Shown piece after piece: positions 19,689-29,858 of a stretch of 56,985 nucleotides of DNA (positions are counted from its first letter, which is position 1; each line of letters opens with the position of its first letter). The notes beneath the pieces were generated by a model. The model was not told the DNA's origin. It did no database searches and saw only the letters and a list, made by a program, of their open reading frames with translations. The position numbers and the translations under genes were made by a program. The DNA comes from Candidatus Nanohalarchaeota archaeon (GTDB lineage Archaea; Nanohalarchaeota; Nanosalinia; Nanosalinales; Nanosalinaceae): assembly GCA_022729355.1 (NCBI GenBank), contig JALDAN010000001.1:1-56985 (forward strand), in the 5' to 3' direction.

Positions 19689-20255
19689 ATGTACAAGAGG
19701 CTTGAAATGGCGGACTCGATCAGAGTTCCTCCCGAGCATCTCGGTGAGGACGTAACAGAAAGTGTCAAAGGTGCTTTAAGCAAGAACGTCGAGGGACATA
19801 TCTTTGACGAGGCAGGTGTAGTTCTTGCCGTCGAAGAAGTCAGTTCCGTTGAAGGCGGAGAAATAGAGCCGGAAGACGCAGGAATCCACTACGATGTCGA
19901 GTTCACCGCCATAGCCTATCAACCTGAACTACACGAAGTAGTGCAGGGAGAAGTAGTTGACATCACAGGATTCGGAGCATTCATCCGAATAGGTCCTCTA
20001 GACGGCCTATGCCACGTATCACAGATCATGGACGAATACGTGAACATGGATGAAGAAAACGAAATGCTTGTATCAGAGGAAGGAGACAAAACGCTCTCAA
20101 TCGGAGACTTCGTAACCGCAAGAATGATCGCAGTCTCACTTGACAAACAGGACAGCAACAAACTGAACCTGACAATGAGACAGCCAGGCCTCGGAAAAGA
20201 CGAATGGATCGAGATGTACGAAGAAGAACAAGCCGACGAAGGTGAAGAAGAATGA
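19689..20255 (+). CDS. rpoE1: RNA polymerase subunit Rpo7 (E')
   Basis: IRVPP, FGAFIRIGPLDGLCHVSQI, LTMRQPGLGK. Confidence 0.97.
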   Translation: MYKRLEMADSIRVPPEHLGEDVTESVKGALSKNVEGHIFDEAGVVLAVEEVSSVEGGEIEPEDAGIHYDVEFTAIAYQPELHEVVQGEVVDITGFGAFIRIGPLDGLCHVSQIMDEYVNMDEENEMLVSEEGDKTLSIGDFVTARMIAVSLDKQDSNKLNLTMRQPGLGKDEWIEMYEEEQADEGEEE

Positions 20256-20284
20256 AGACACTAACTTTTGAAGGTGATCTTTAG

Positions 20285-20473
20285 ATGGCAGAAAAAGCAT
20301 GCTCTGAATGCCACAGACTTGTAGAAGACGCAAACGAATGTCCAATCGATAAAAACAACGATCTGAGAAGCAACTGGAGTGGACTAGCAGTCATCTACGA
20401 TCCAGAAGAATCAGAAATAGCAGATAAACTTGGAGCAAACGTTTCAGGAAGATACGCAATCAGCGTAAGGTGA
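20285..20473 (+). CDS. spt4: Transcription elongation factor Spt4 (E'')
   Basis: KACSECH...WSGL..IYDPEESEIA...GRYAI. Confidence 0.92.
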   Translation: MAEKACSECHRLVEDANECPIDKNNDLRSNWSGLAVIYDPEESEIADKLGANVSGRYAISVR

Positions 20474-20484
20474 AAAATAATATT

Positions 20485-20925
20485 ATGAACGTAGAAATTG
20501 ACTCAGTACGAGAAAACCCTCTTCTAGGAAGAAGACAGGTAAAAGTAGAGATAGACCACGAAGGAGAGGCAACACCAAGCAGAGAAGATATCAAAAACCG
20601 CTTCGCAGCAGAAAACGCAGTAGACGAAGAGGAAGTAGAAGTAGGATCAATCAAGACAGGATACGGAAGAAACGTATCACTGACAGAACTGAAAGTCTAC
20701 GAAGAATTCGATTACAGCGAAGAACTGGAAGACGAGGCCTCCACAACAACAGAAACAGTTGAAGTAACAGAAGAATACGATGAAATTGTTTCCGGCACAA
20801 TCACAGAGGCAAAGGACGCAATCAATGATCTTGAAAGCCCTGACTACGAGGCCCTAATTCAAGCAGAAAAGAATAACAAAAACCGTACAACACTAGTTGA
20901 CTGGCTTGAAGGCCAGCAGGAATAA
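20485..20925 (+). CDS. rps24e: 30S ribosomal protein S24e with C-terminal extra domain
   Basis: [25 protein letters not shown]; about 60 extra residues. Confidence 0.88.
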   Translation: MNVEIDSVRENPLLGRRQVKVEIDHEGEATPSREDIKNRFAAENAVDEEEVEVGSIKTGYGRNVSLTELKVYEEFDYSEELEDEASTTTETVEVTEEYDEIVSGTITEAKDAINDLESPDYEALIQAEKNNKNRTTLVDWLEGQQE

Positions 20926-20941
20926 GAGGCGGAAAGAATCT

Positions 20942-21088
20942 ATGGGAAAAAACGCTAACGTAGCTATCTACGAGAAGTACAACGAAGACGGCTCCATTAA
21001 CGGGGAGAAATGCCCCGTATGCGGCAGCTTCCTGGCAGAACACGATGACAGGAAGAGCTGCGGGAAGTGCGGATACACACAGCACTGA
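20942..21088 (+). CDS. rps27ae: 30S ribosomal protein S27ae
   Basis: [23 protein letters not shown]. Confidence 0.93.
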   Translation: MGKNANVAIYEKYNEDGSINGEKCPVCGSFLAEHDDRKSCGKCGYTQH

Positions 21089-21095
21089 AGCCGTA

Positions 21096-21125
21096 GAGGC
21101 CTCACAGAGGCCTCAAACCATTTTT
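21096..21125 (+). terminator. Putative terminator hairpin built from two GAGGCCTC copies
   Basis: GAGGCCTC-ACA-GAGGCCTC just after the rps27ae stop, followed by a T run. Confidence 0.5.
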
Positions 21126-21226
21126 CAATAACTTATCCAGATAAAATTTTTTTGTGGCCTGAAACGTCTTTTTTCTGGCCATCTGATTTAAGATTTTACA
21201 GGCCTGAATTATCTGTATAATTGAAA

Positions 21227-22201
21227 ATGAATGTACTGGGTATCGAGAGCACGGCTCATACGCTTGGGATCGGTATAGTCAATGAGGACGAGATACTGGC
21301 GAATCAGAAGAGTATGTTCGAGCCGGAGGAAGGTGGAATCCATCCCCGGAAGGCCTCAGAACACCACTATCAGTCAGCTATGGAGCAGTTAAACAATGCT
21401 TTAGCAGAGGCCTCTCTGGAGTTAGATGATCTTGATGCTGTTGCTTTTTCCCAGGGACCTGGCATCCCTCAATGTCTAGAGATCGGAGCTGTCATGGCGA
21501 GAAGTCTTGCGGAGAAACATGATTTGAAGCTTATCGGAGTGAATCACTGTCTCTCACATATCTCTATAGGAACACGTACGACAGAGGCCTCTGATCCAAC
21601 TACTCTTTACGTTTCTGGAGGTAACAGCCAGATAATTGAGTTCAGGAACGGGCGTTACCGGATAATCGGAGAAACACTTGATATCGCATTGGGTAACGCA
21701 CTTGACAAGTTCGCACGTGAACTCGGATACCCGCATCCCGGGGGACCGGAGATAGAGAAGCTTGCAGGAAAGACCGACGAAATCATTGAGATGAGCTATC
21801 CGATCAAAGGAATGGACTTCTCATTTTCAGGCCTGACAACAGAAGCCGAGAGAAAGATGGGAGAGGCCTCTGACGAAGTTCTGGCGAACAGCTTTCAGGA
21901 GCACGCATATGCGGCAGTCGTTGAAGCACTTGAAAGAGCGATGGCACAGGAAGACTCCGACGAGGCCCTGCTCACAGGAGGAGTCGCAATGAACAAACGA
22001 CTGAGAGAAATGGTGGAAAAGATGTGCGAACAGCGAGGTGCAAAAGCCTACTTCCCACCTACAGAATACTGCATGGACAACGGAGCAATGATAGCACATC
22101 AAGGCCTCATAGAACTGGAAAACGGACGAGAAACAGAGATAAGCGAATCACATAAAAGGCCTAAATGGAGGCCTGACGAGGTAGAGGCAGAATGGAAGTA
22201 A
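21227..22201 (+). CDS. kae1: KEOPS Kae1, tRNA t6A threonylcarbamoyltransferase
   Basis: LGIESTAHT, GGIHPR, VNHCLSH, VSGGNSQ, GETLDIA, DNGAMIA. Confidence 0.96.
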   Translation: MNVLGIESTAHTLGIGIVNEDEILANQKSMFEPEEGGIHPRKASEHHYQSAMEQLNNALAEASLELDDLDAVAFSQGPGIPQCLEIGAVMARSLAEKHDLKLIGVNHCLSHISIGTRTTEASDPTTLYVSGGNSQIIEFRNGRYRIIGETLDIALGNALDKFARELGYPHPGGPEIEKLAGKTDEIIEMSYPIKGMDFSFSGLTTEAERKMGEASDEVLANSFQEHAYAAVVEALERAMAQEDSDEALLTGGVAMNKRLREMVEKMCEQRGAKAYFPPTEYCMDNGAMIAHQGLIELENGRETEISESHKRPKWRPDEVEAEWK

Positions 22202-22791
22202 AAGAGATAGAAAAGGCCCGGAAAACGATCGAAGACGGAGGAATAGTGATCTTCCCTACAGAAACGGCTTACGGTATAGCAGCCGATGCCACAAACGAAG
22301 ACGCTGTCGAAAAAGTATACGAGGCGAAGCAGAGGCCTCGCAGTAAAGGTTTGACGGCGATAGTTGATTCCTTAGAGAGTGCTGAAAAGTTCGCATATCT
22401 TTCAGACGCTGAGAAAAAGATAGTGGAGGAGTTCATGCCCGGGCCTGTGACTCTGGTTGCGGAGAAGAAAGATAAAGTGCCTGACAGCTTGAACGAAGAT
22501 TTTGCTTTCAGGATTTCCTCTTCTGAAGTGGCTGATGCTCTCTCCTCTGGAGGCCCGATCACCGCCACTTCCGCAAATATTTCAGGCAACGAGACTTCCT
22601 ACTCTGTAGAGGATATATCTGAGGGATTGCTGGAAAAGGCAGATTATGTGCTTGATGCTGGACGTCTGAATTCAGGGCCTACTTCTACGATCGCTGAAGT
22701 TGAGGATGATCAGGTTTTTATTCACAGAATGGGACCTATTTCACAGGAGGAACTTGAGGCCGTTATAGATGATGTCGACATTTACAGCTGA
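22192..22791 (+). CDS. sua5: Threonylcarbamoyl-AMP synthase (TsaC/YrdC type, no SUA5 domain)
   Basis: FPTETAYG, K.RP, PGPVT, TATSANISG. Confidence 0.92.
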   Translation: MEVKEIEKARKTIEDGGIVIFPTETAYGIAADATNEDAVEKVYEAKQRPRSKGLTAIVDSLESAEKFAYLSDAEKKIVEEFMPGPVTLVAEKKDKVPDSLNEDFAFRISSSEVADALSSGGPITATSANISGNETSYSVEDISEGLLEKADYVLDAGRLNSGPTSTIAEVEDDQVFIHRMGPISQEELEAVIDDVDIYS

Positions 22792-24517
22792 TTTCGCAGT
22801 ATTACTTGTTGCAGCGACAGTTCTAGGTTTTATTGCGCGTAAGACTAAGCAGCCGACTATTGTTGCCTATATTATTACTGGTCTTCTTATGGGACCTATT
22901 GGTTTTGCTGTTTTAACTAGTGCTTACATGCCTTTCGATCTCACTCCTTTCATTGATGGACCTCTAGTTTCTGAGGATCGGTTGATTGAGATAATTTCTG
23001 AATTAGGCCTCGGATTCCTATTGTTCCTGCTCGGCATGGAGATGAGCTTCGACAAAGTTAAAGAAATTATGAGGCCTGTCGGGGCTATTGCTGTAGGCCA
23101 GGCTGTTTTACAGGGGATTGCTTCTACTGCTGTTGCTCTTTTTCTAGGTTTTGAACTTTTCACTTCTTTAATGATTGCTTTAGCAACTACTTTTGGAGCT
23201 ACACCGATTATCGTAAAGGTTTTAGGGGATAAAGATGATTTAAATGAACTCTATGGGCGAGTTGATGTCGGGATATTGATATTCCAAGATCTGTATCTTG
23301 TCGTTGCACTTGCTATCCTTACAGTTGGCACAATGTCCGGTTTCAATGAGATAATCATGCAGATTTCACGTATTTTCTTCATGATGTTTATAATTGGGAT
23401 TGCTGCATACTTGACAAGTAAGTACGTCCTTCCAAGTCTTCTCAAGGTTAGTGCTGCCAACAGCACTACTTTGCTTACCGTAGGAATAGCCTGGGCATTC
23501 CTGTTCATCTTCGTTTCCGATTATTACGATGTATCTGTTGAAATTGGTGCTTTTCTAGCCGGTCTTGCATTAGCTCAATCACCTTACAGTATGGAGTTAA
23601 AAGAGAGAATGGAACCAGTGACCAACTTCTTCATAGTTGTGTTCTTCGCTAGTATAGGCCTAACTATGGATGTTGGCTCTCTTTTAGTTTACTGGCAGGA
23701 AGCTGTTATTGCTTCTGTTCTTCTACTTGCAATTAATTTCTGTATAGTCTTCGGCCTCTACTTAAGTCAAAACTTCGATGTAGAAACATCCTTCCTAGGA
23801 ACTATCTCAATGTTACAGGTAAGCGAGTTCTCACTTGTTTTAGGAGCTCTTGCTGTGCAACAAGGCTTCATTGAACCAGGTATACTGGGTTTCCTGAGCA
23901 TAATGGCCATAATTACTATGCCTACTTCAACATACTATGTAATGTATAATAGAGAGATATATGAAAGAGTTAAGCCATATCTTGAAAGATTTGAACCAGA
24001 GGATCCTATTGAGACTAAAGATATTAGTCACGAAGACCACGTCGTCGTTGTTGGATATGATGACGCAACAAGAAAGCTCATACCGATTCTAGAAGAGATA
24101 TACGATGACGTACTTATAGTTGAGAAAAATCCAGAAGTAGTTGAGGAGCTCAATAAAACAGATCACGACTTTGAGAACAGAGATATATCACATGAACTGA
24201 TTTACGGAGATCTTATTCATGAAGAAATAAGAAATCAGGCAAGCATAGATAACGCAGCAGCACTAATTTCCATGGCGCCAGATCAAGAACTGAACAAGAT
24301 GATACTAGATGAACTTGACTGTCTTACGGTTCTAAAAGCCAAGACATTTGAGGAAGCAGTAGAACTTTACGATCTCGGAGCTGATTACGTAATACTGAAA
24401 GAATATCTGGCAGGAGAGAAAATCGAAGACTTACTCAAACTTTATTTAGAAGATAGAGAACTTTTCCTTGAAGAAATCGAAGAAGAGAAAAAACAATTAA
24501 TGGAGGCCTTGAAATAG
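22769..24517 (+). CDS. Kef-type (CPA2) cation:proton antiporter with RCK domain
   Basis: LGFLLFLLGME, GILIFQD, GAFLAG, QVSEF; C-terminal HVVVVG RCK domain. Confidence 0.9.
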   Translation: MMSTFTADFAVLLVAATVLGFIARKTKQPTIVAYIITGLLMGPIGFAVLTSAYMPFDLTPFIDGPLVSEDRLIEIISELGLGFLLFLLGMEMSFDKVKEIMRPVGAIAVGQAVLQGIASTAVALFLGFELFTSLMIALATTFGATPIIVKVLGDKDDLNELYGRVDVGILIFQDLYLVVALAILTVGTMSGFNEIIMQISRIFFMMFIIGIAAYLTSKYVLPSLLKVSAANSTTLLTVGIAWAFLFIFVSDYYDVSVEIGAFLAGLALAQSPYSMELKERMEPVTNFFIVVFFASIGLTMDVGSLLVYWQEAVIASVLLLAINFCIVFGLYLSQNFDVETSFLGTISMLQVSEFSLVLGALAVQQGFIEPGILGFLSIMAIITMPTSTYYVMYNREIYERVKPYLERFEPEDPIETKDISHEDHVVVVGYDDATRKLIPILEEIYDDVLIVEKNPEVVEELNKTDHDFENRDISHELIYGDLIHEEIRNQASIDNAAALISMAPDQELNKMILDELDCLTVLKAKTFEEAVELYDLGADYVILKEYLAGEKIEDLLKLYLEDRELFLEEIEEEKKQLMEALK

Positions 24518-24518
24518 A

Positions 24519-26123
24519 ATGGATATACTGCTTGATTTCACAGTCATATTCACTGCAGCTGCCGTTATGCTGCTGATTATGGACAGATTTGATCATCCCT
24601 CTATTCCTGCATATATTATAGCAGGACTTATAGCAGGAAATCTTATATCTGGAGATGATCTGATGGATCTAGCGCAGATTGGAATAGCGTTCTTAGTTTT
24701 CGTTTTCGGATTGAAATACAATCCTAGAAATCTCCGTTCAACAGCCTCAACTACATTAAACACAACTATTATCCAGATGGCTATAACAGGAGGCCTAGCC
24801 TACCTTGTAGCCACCATTCTTGGATTTGATTCCACTAACTCTCTCTACTTCGCTATAGCAGGAGCATTAAGTTCTAGTCTTGTAGGCCTACAGCTAACTG
24901 AAAGAGAAATCCATACAAATCTTCTTCATGGCCGTTTATCAGAATCAATTCACTTTATACAGGACATGATTGCCTTTTTGATGATAGCTGTCTTCCTATC
25001 CGCTTCACTTGAATCTGCAGCTTATGCAGTGCTATTCACAGTGTTGATTATAGGTGTAGCTATCCTCTTCCGGGATTATGTATTTACTTTTATCGCTGAA
25101 CAAACCGAAGGTAATCACGAATTACTTACTATGGCTGCCTTGACTCTGCTCATCGTATTTATAGGCATTACAGAAATTCTTGGTATTTCTATGGTAGTCG
25201 GAGCATTTGCTGCTGGCCTTGCAGCCTCTAAATTCCCATACAATATTGAACTACTTGATAGTATGGGATCAATAAAAGATTTCTTCTCCGCAATTTTCTT
25301 CGTAGTGTTAGGCGCACTAGTGACTATCCCAGATCAAAAAGTAATAGCTTCTGCAACTGCTCTAACTCTAATTGTTGTCATAGTAGCACCTTTAATCACT
25401 TACCATACCCTGAAGATTTATGGCTACGACAACAGAACATCCTTACTGACAGGACTAAGCCTGGACCAAATAAGCGAGCTAGCACTGATCGTGACAATTC
25501 AGGCATCTCTACTCGACATAATATCGTCTACAACATTTGAATCCGTAATTCTAGCAGCCACAGCCACAATGATAATATCTTCATACACTAAGAAACATGA
25601 AGAAGCAATATACGCAGCTTCAGGTCCCAGAACAAAAGAGAGAAAGTCATACGATATTGAAAATCATGTTATACTGGTAGGACACGATATACAAGGGAAA
25701 AAAATAGCTGAAGGATTGAAAGAGGAAGAAACAGAATACGTCATAATAGAGAATGATCCAGAAAAAGTATCAGCTCTAAGAGACCAAGACACTAAAGTAG
25801 TTTACGGAGACATAATGGATGACATAACATGGAGAGAAGCTAATGTAAGCGAAGCAAGAATTATAATCTCTACAGTACCATCTAAAAGAGTCTCAGAAGA
25901 AATTTTAAGGCTAGAAGAACCTGAAGATAAGATTGTAAGAGCAGAAAACAAGGAAGAAGCTGCAGAAATGCTAGAAAAAGGCGCCTTACACACAATAGTT
26001 CCTGATATAGCAGCAAACGAAAAGCTACTGGAACATATGGAAGGGCTTGAAAACAATATTCGTTTAAGAGAAGAACTCAAAAGAGAAAACCTTTTAGAAT
26101 TCAAGAAATATCTGAACAGATAA
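24519..26123 (+). CDS. Second Kef-type (CPA2) antiporter, tandem paralogue
   Basis: GIAFLVFVFG, IQD, GAFAAG, QISE; HVILVG RCK domain. Confidence 0.88.
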   Translation: MDILLDFTVIFTAAAVMLLIMDRFDHPSIPAYIIAGLIAGNLISGDDLMDLAQIGIAFLVFVFGLKYNPRNLRSTASTTLNTTIIQMAITGGLAYLVATILGFDSTNSLYFAIAGALSSSLVGLQLTEREIHTNLLHGRLSESIHFIQDMIAFLMIAVFLSASLESAAYAVLFTVLIIGVAILFRDYVFTFIAEQTEGNHELLTMAALTLLIVFIGITEILGISMVVGAFAAGLAASKFPYNIELLDSMGSIKDFFSAIFFVVLGALVTIPDQKVIASATALTLIVVIVAPLITYHTLKIYGYDNRTSLLTGLSLDQISELALIVTIQASLLDIISSTTFESVILAATATMIISSYTKKHEEAIYAASGPRTKERKSYDIENHVILVGHDIQGKKIAEGLKEEETEYVIIENDPEKVSALRDQDTKVVYGDIMDDITWREANVSEARIIISTVPSKRVSEEILRLEEPEDKIVRAENKEEAAEMLEKGALHTIVPDIAANEKLLEHMEGLENNIRLREELKRENLLEFKKYLNR

Positions 26124-26126
26124 TAA

Positions 26127-26696
26127 ATGAAAATGCAGGGAGCAGAAGCAGAAGTAGAGATTCTGGACTCTAGAGTACTGAAGACCCGTAAATCGAAAAA
26201 GTACAGACATCCAAGACTGGATAAAAACATTATCAGAGAAAGAACAGAGAATGAAGTCCGGAACATGGAACGCGCCATACTTCACGGAGTAAACGTACCG
26301 GAAGCAGAAAAAAAGGACGCCAACACGATCCAGATACAGAAGATAAAAGGAGAGGCCTGGAAAGTGAAGGAGGACACAAACTTGATGGAGAGAGTAGGCC
26401 ATAACGTCGCTAAAATGCATGATTGCAATCTCATCCATGGCGATTTAACTACCAGTAACATCCTTATACAGAAAGAAGAGGCCTTTCTCATTGATTTCGG
26501 GCTCAGTGAAGTCTCTGAACGGGTGGAGGATAAAGCCGTGGATATCCATCTATTGAAGCAGGTGCTTGGAAGCTCTCATCCGGAGATAAGTGGGGAGGCC
26601 TGGGAAAAATTCCTTGAAGGATACAGGGAGTATGATTACAGTGATGAAGTACTTGAACGTCTTGAAGAAGTTGAGCAGAGAGGACGCTACAAATAA
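26127..26696 (+). CDS. bud32: KEOPS kinase Bud32
   Basis: QGAEA, KKYRHP.LD, IHGDLTTSN, IDFGL, EDKAVD, RGRY. Confidence 0.95.
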   Translation: MKMQGAEAEVEILDSRVLKTRKSKKYRHPRLDKNIIRERTENEVRNMERAILHGVNVPEAEKKDANTIQIQKIKGEAWKVKEDTNLMERVGHNVAKMHDCNLIHGDLTTSNILIQKEEAFLIDFGLSEVSERVEDKAVDIHLLKQVLGSSHPEISGEAWEKFLEGYREYDYSDEVLERLEEVEQRGRYK

Positions 26697-27204
26697 AATA
26701 CTTGTAGCTTTTGCAGTGCTTTTTCTCGCAGCTTCAGTAGTTCCCTTGATAGATGACAATCATGAAGAAGGCTTTTCAGCTGATTCCATCCGTACAATTG
26801 ATGGTGATACATTAGAGGCCTTTTACAATGGTTCAAGTGTCACTGTGCGTTTCATCGGAGTTGATACACCCGAGACTTTTGTGGAGAATAATCCTGAGGA
26901 GTTCGGACTTTCGGACACCGAGGAACACAGAGAATGCCTCAAACACTACGCAAAAGAGTCAACACGTTACGTTGAACACTTTACAGGACCTGAAACCAGG
27001 ATAGTTACTGATAAGGTCTCTGATACATACGGTTATTACGGACGACTTCTGGCATACATCAAGAAAGACAACAGAAGCCTGAACAGAGAGTTACTGGAGA
27101 GAGGATACGCGAGAGTATATGAATCAGAATTCGCATATCTGGAAGAGTACAGGACTCTTGAGGAACAGGCCCGAGAACAGGAGAGAGGAGTATGGAGCTG
27201 CTAG
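26644..27204 (+). CDS. Membrane-anchored thermonuclease (SNase family)
   Basis: IDGDT, VRFIGVDTPE, YGRLLAY, LLERGYA, RGVW; N-terminal TM; start uncertain. Confidence 0.88.
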   Translation: MKYLNVLKKLSREDATNKILVAFAVLFLAASVVPLIDDNHEEGFSADSIRTIDGDTLEAFYNGSSVTVRFIGVDTPETFVENNPEEFGLSDTEEHRECLKHYAKESTRYVEHFTGPETRIVTDKVSDTYGYYGRLLAYIKKDNRSLNRELLERGYARVYESEFAYLEEYRTLEEQAREQERGVWSC

Positions 27205-27206
27205 AA

Positions 27207-27716
27207 TTATACCTCGACTTCTATGCCTTTATCATCGAACTGATCGATTATCTCCCGTATATTATCTTCCACTCCCGGCATTAACTCTATAGGCATCGTT
27301 ACGTACCTCATGTTCTCTTTTCCGTCACGTCTGTAGTCTATTATGAAACGAGGACACGTGACCGGTTTGAGGCCTTCCACAAGTTTCACAGACTCTATTT
27401 CGCTGTACTTAATGAATTTTGCTTTTTCCACGTTATTCCAGTGCTCATAGATCATGACAGCAAAGGCTAGAATCAGCACCATCGCCGCTGCATTGATCTG
27501 AGCTAAAAGCGGAGCGTTGAAATATGCTACAGCCAAGAAAGATCCTGCTGAAGAAACGAAAGCAAGGGTCAATGCGAAGAATAGTTTGTCTACGAGCTCT
27601 CCATTCTCCCAGAAGCCTTCATAGCTGTTCCTGAGATAGTCTGTCCAAGACTCCTCCATCATCACTTTCTCTGTGCCGAATGTTATACGGCCTCTCTTAG
27701 TAGGTATCTCCTTCAT
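27207..27716 (-). CDS. Hypothetical 2-TM membrane protein
   Basis: Two hydrophobic helices followed by a small soluble domain. Confidence 0.6.
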   Translation of the reverse strand: MKEIPTKRGRITFGTEKVMMEESWTDYLRNSYEGFWENGELVDKLFFALTLAFVSSAGSFLAVAYFNAPLLAQINAAAMVLILAFAVMIYEHWNNVEKAKFIKYSEIESVKLVEGLKPVTCPRFIIDYRRDGKENMRYVTMPIELMPGVEDNIREIIDQFDDKGIEVEV

Positions 27717-27793
27717 TACAAATTAGACAGCCTCCACAAGAAAGTTGTTGCAGGACGGGTTTAAAAGATTTCAAGGCTGAGAAATAGTTAGAA

Positions 27794-27823
27794 CAGGAAA
27801 CAGTCCTTAACAGGGCTGACCTG
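27794..27823 (+). promoter_or_regulatory. Structured 5' leader of rps15
   Basis: CAGG-aaa-CAGTCCT-taac-AGGGCTG-a-CCTG stem-loop about 20 nt before the start. Confidence 0.4.
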
Positions 27824-27842
27824 GATCAGTACGTGATACACA

Positions 27843-28274
27843 ATGTCAAGAATGCACTCAGATGGAAGAGGAAGCTCAGGATCAAACAGACCTGTAACAG
27901 AAAAAAACCCTGACTGGATCGAATACGACGAAGAAGAAGTAATCGATCTCGTCGTAAAACTAAGAAGAGACGGCCTGGACCCTTCACAGATAGGCCTCAA
28001 ACTAAGAGATCAATACGGAATACCTTCTATAAAGGCCTTAACAGACAAGAAGTTGACAGAAATACTTGAAGAAGAAGGACTGGAACTTGAACTGCCGGAA
28101 GGACTTGACAATCTTGTCCAGAAAGCTGAATCAATTCAGGACCACCTAGAGGAGAATCCTAAGGATGAACAGGCACAGAGAAGACTTGAGCTTACAGAGG
28201 CCAAGGTAAGACGACTTGCCTCATACCACCGTGAAAACGGCAACATTCCGGAAGACTGGAAATACGAAAGATAG
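27843..28274 (+). CDS. rps15: 30S ribosomal protein S15
   Basis: MSRMH..GRGSSGS, SQIGLKLRDQYGIP, EAKVRRL..YH. Confidence 0.96.
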   Translation: MSRMHSDGRGSSGSNRPVTEKNPDWIEYDEEEVIDLVVKLRRDGLDPSQIGLKLRDQYGIPSIKALTDKKLTEILEEEGLELELPEGLDNLVQKAESIQDHLEENPKDEQAQRRLELTEAKVRRLASYHRENGNIPEDWKYER

Positions 28275-28406
28275 ACAGATGGAGGGCCTAGGCCTTCAAA
28301 CAAAAATTTTTTCTTACATATTCTTTTCTTGACTTTCACTCGAATGTTTTTGAAGACTTTCTATGGTAATCGTTAAAAGAAGTTCAGCACCAATTTTCTG
28401 ACAGGG

Positions 28407-29777
28407 ATGGTTGACGATATTCTTGAATCCGCGGAACCTGCAGCTGAGAAACTTGAAAACTACAGTGGAAAAATCCGTTTAATCGGACAGTACGACGCAG
28501 ACGGCATCAACGCCACAGCAATCGCACATGAATTACTTGAGAGACTTGGAAAAGAGTTTGAATACGAGATAGTGAAACAACTGTACGAGGAAGACATTGA
28601 AAGAATTGCAGGAGAAGATGAAGGCCTCCTTTTCTTCGTGGACATCGGATCAGGGCAATCAGATCTAATACAGAAACACATAATTGAAGAAACGGATAAA
28701 GACGTTATCGTCAGCGACCACCACGAACCTGCAATCACTGAAGAGGCCTCCGACTTCATACATATGAATCCTCATTTCTTGGGGCATGACGGAGGAGAGG
28801 CCATATCAGCAGCAGGGATGACATACTTGCTGGCGAAAACAGTAGATAAAGATAACTACGATCTTGTACAGTACGCACTTATCGGAGCGACAGGAGACGT
28901 ACAGAAACAGGAAGGAGAATTTATAGGCCTAAACAAAGATATCGCAGAAGAAGCCATCGAAAAAGGAGTAGTTGAGAAGCGTAAAGGCCTTGATCTGTAC
29001 GGACGCACCACAAAGCCGCTTCAGAAATCGTTGATGTATACTACAGATCCTCATCTGGAAGGAGTTTCCAATAACGAGTCCGGAGCAATCCAGCTCGTGA
29101 AATCTGCAGGCCTAGATATAAGAGATAACGGAGGATTCCGTACACTGGCAGATCTGAGTGAGGCGGAGGAGAAGAAGCTTATCAACGCGATGATCAAGCG
29201 CGGATACCCTGTTCAGCGCCTACTGAACGATATCTATACTTTGGAGAACGGCTACGAGATAGATGAGTTCTCTACCGTAATCAATGCCTGTGGAAGACTT
29301 GGTATGCCGAAGAAAGGTGTCAGAATACTGCTTGAAGATGACCTGGAGCTGGCCGAAAAAATATCAAAGAAGTACGGCCGCAAGATTTCATCCTCACTGC
29401 GTTATGTAGAGGAGAATCAGAATAATGAAGACGTCGTTTACGAGGAGGATATCGGCGTTATCGACGGTAACTCCACTATCGACTCCGACTTCATCGGCAC
29501 AGTGACCACTATCACGATGAGCAACGGCTTCTTCACAGCTCCAGTTGTCATGGGAGTAGCTGAAGCAGAGAAAGAGAAAGTCAAGATATCCTCAAGAGCC
29601 TCCAAAGAAGTAGTCGAGGCAGGCCTCAATCTAGGAGACGTTATAGGAGATATATGTGAGGAACTGGACGGCGAAGGAGGAGGCCACAACATCGCCGCCG
29701 GAGCAAAGATTCCTCAGGACAAGAAAGAGGCCTTTATAGAACGGCTTAACTCCACTATTTCCGAGGAACTGGCCTGA
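28407..29777 (+). CDS. DHH-family RecJ-like nuclease
   Basis: DADG, DIGSG, DHH, GATGD, GGGHNIAAGA; conserved rps15-DHH-rps3ae order. Confidence 0.9.
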   Translation: MVDDILESAEPAAEKLENYSGKIRLIGQYDADGINATAIAHELLERLGKEFEYEIVKQLYEEDIERIAGEDEGLLFFVDIGSGQSDLIQKHIIEETDKDVIVSDHHEPAITEEASDFIHMNPHFLGHDGGEAISAAGMTYLLAKTVDKDNYDLVQYALIGATGDVQKQEGEFIGLNKDIAEEAIEKGVVEKRKGLDLYGRTTKPLQKSLMYTTDPHLEGVSNNESGAIQLVKSAGLDIRDNGGFRTLADLSEAEEKKLINAMIKRGYPVQRLLNDIYTLENGYEIDEFSTVINACGRLGMPKKGVRILLEDDLELAEKISKKYGRKISSSLRYVEENQNNEDVVYEEDIGVIDGNSTIDSDFIGTVTTITMSNGFFTAPVVMGVAEAEKEKVKISSRASKEVVEAGLNLGDVIGDICEELDGEGGGHNIAAGAKIPQDKKEAFIERLNSTISEELA

Positions 29778-29858
29778 AACTAGAGGCCTTCAGGTCTGGC
29801 CTATTTTTGTTTTCTGGTTCACGGACGGTTTATAAATTTTGACATAACTGAGTAGTGT

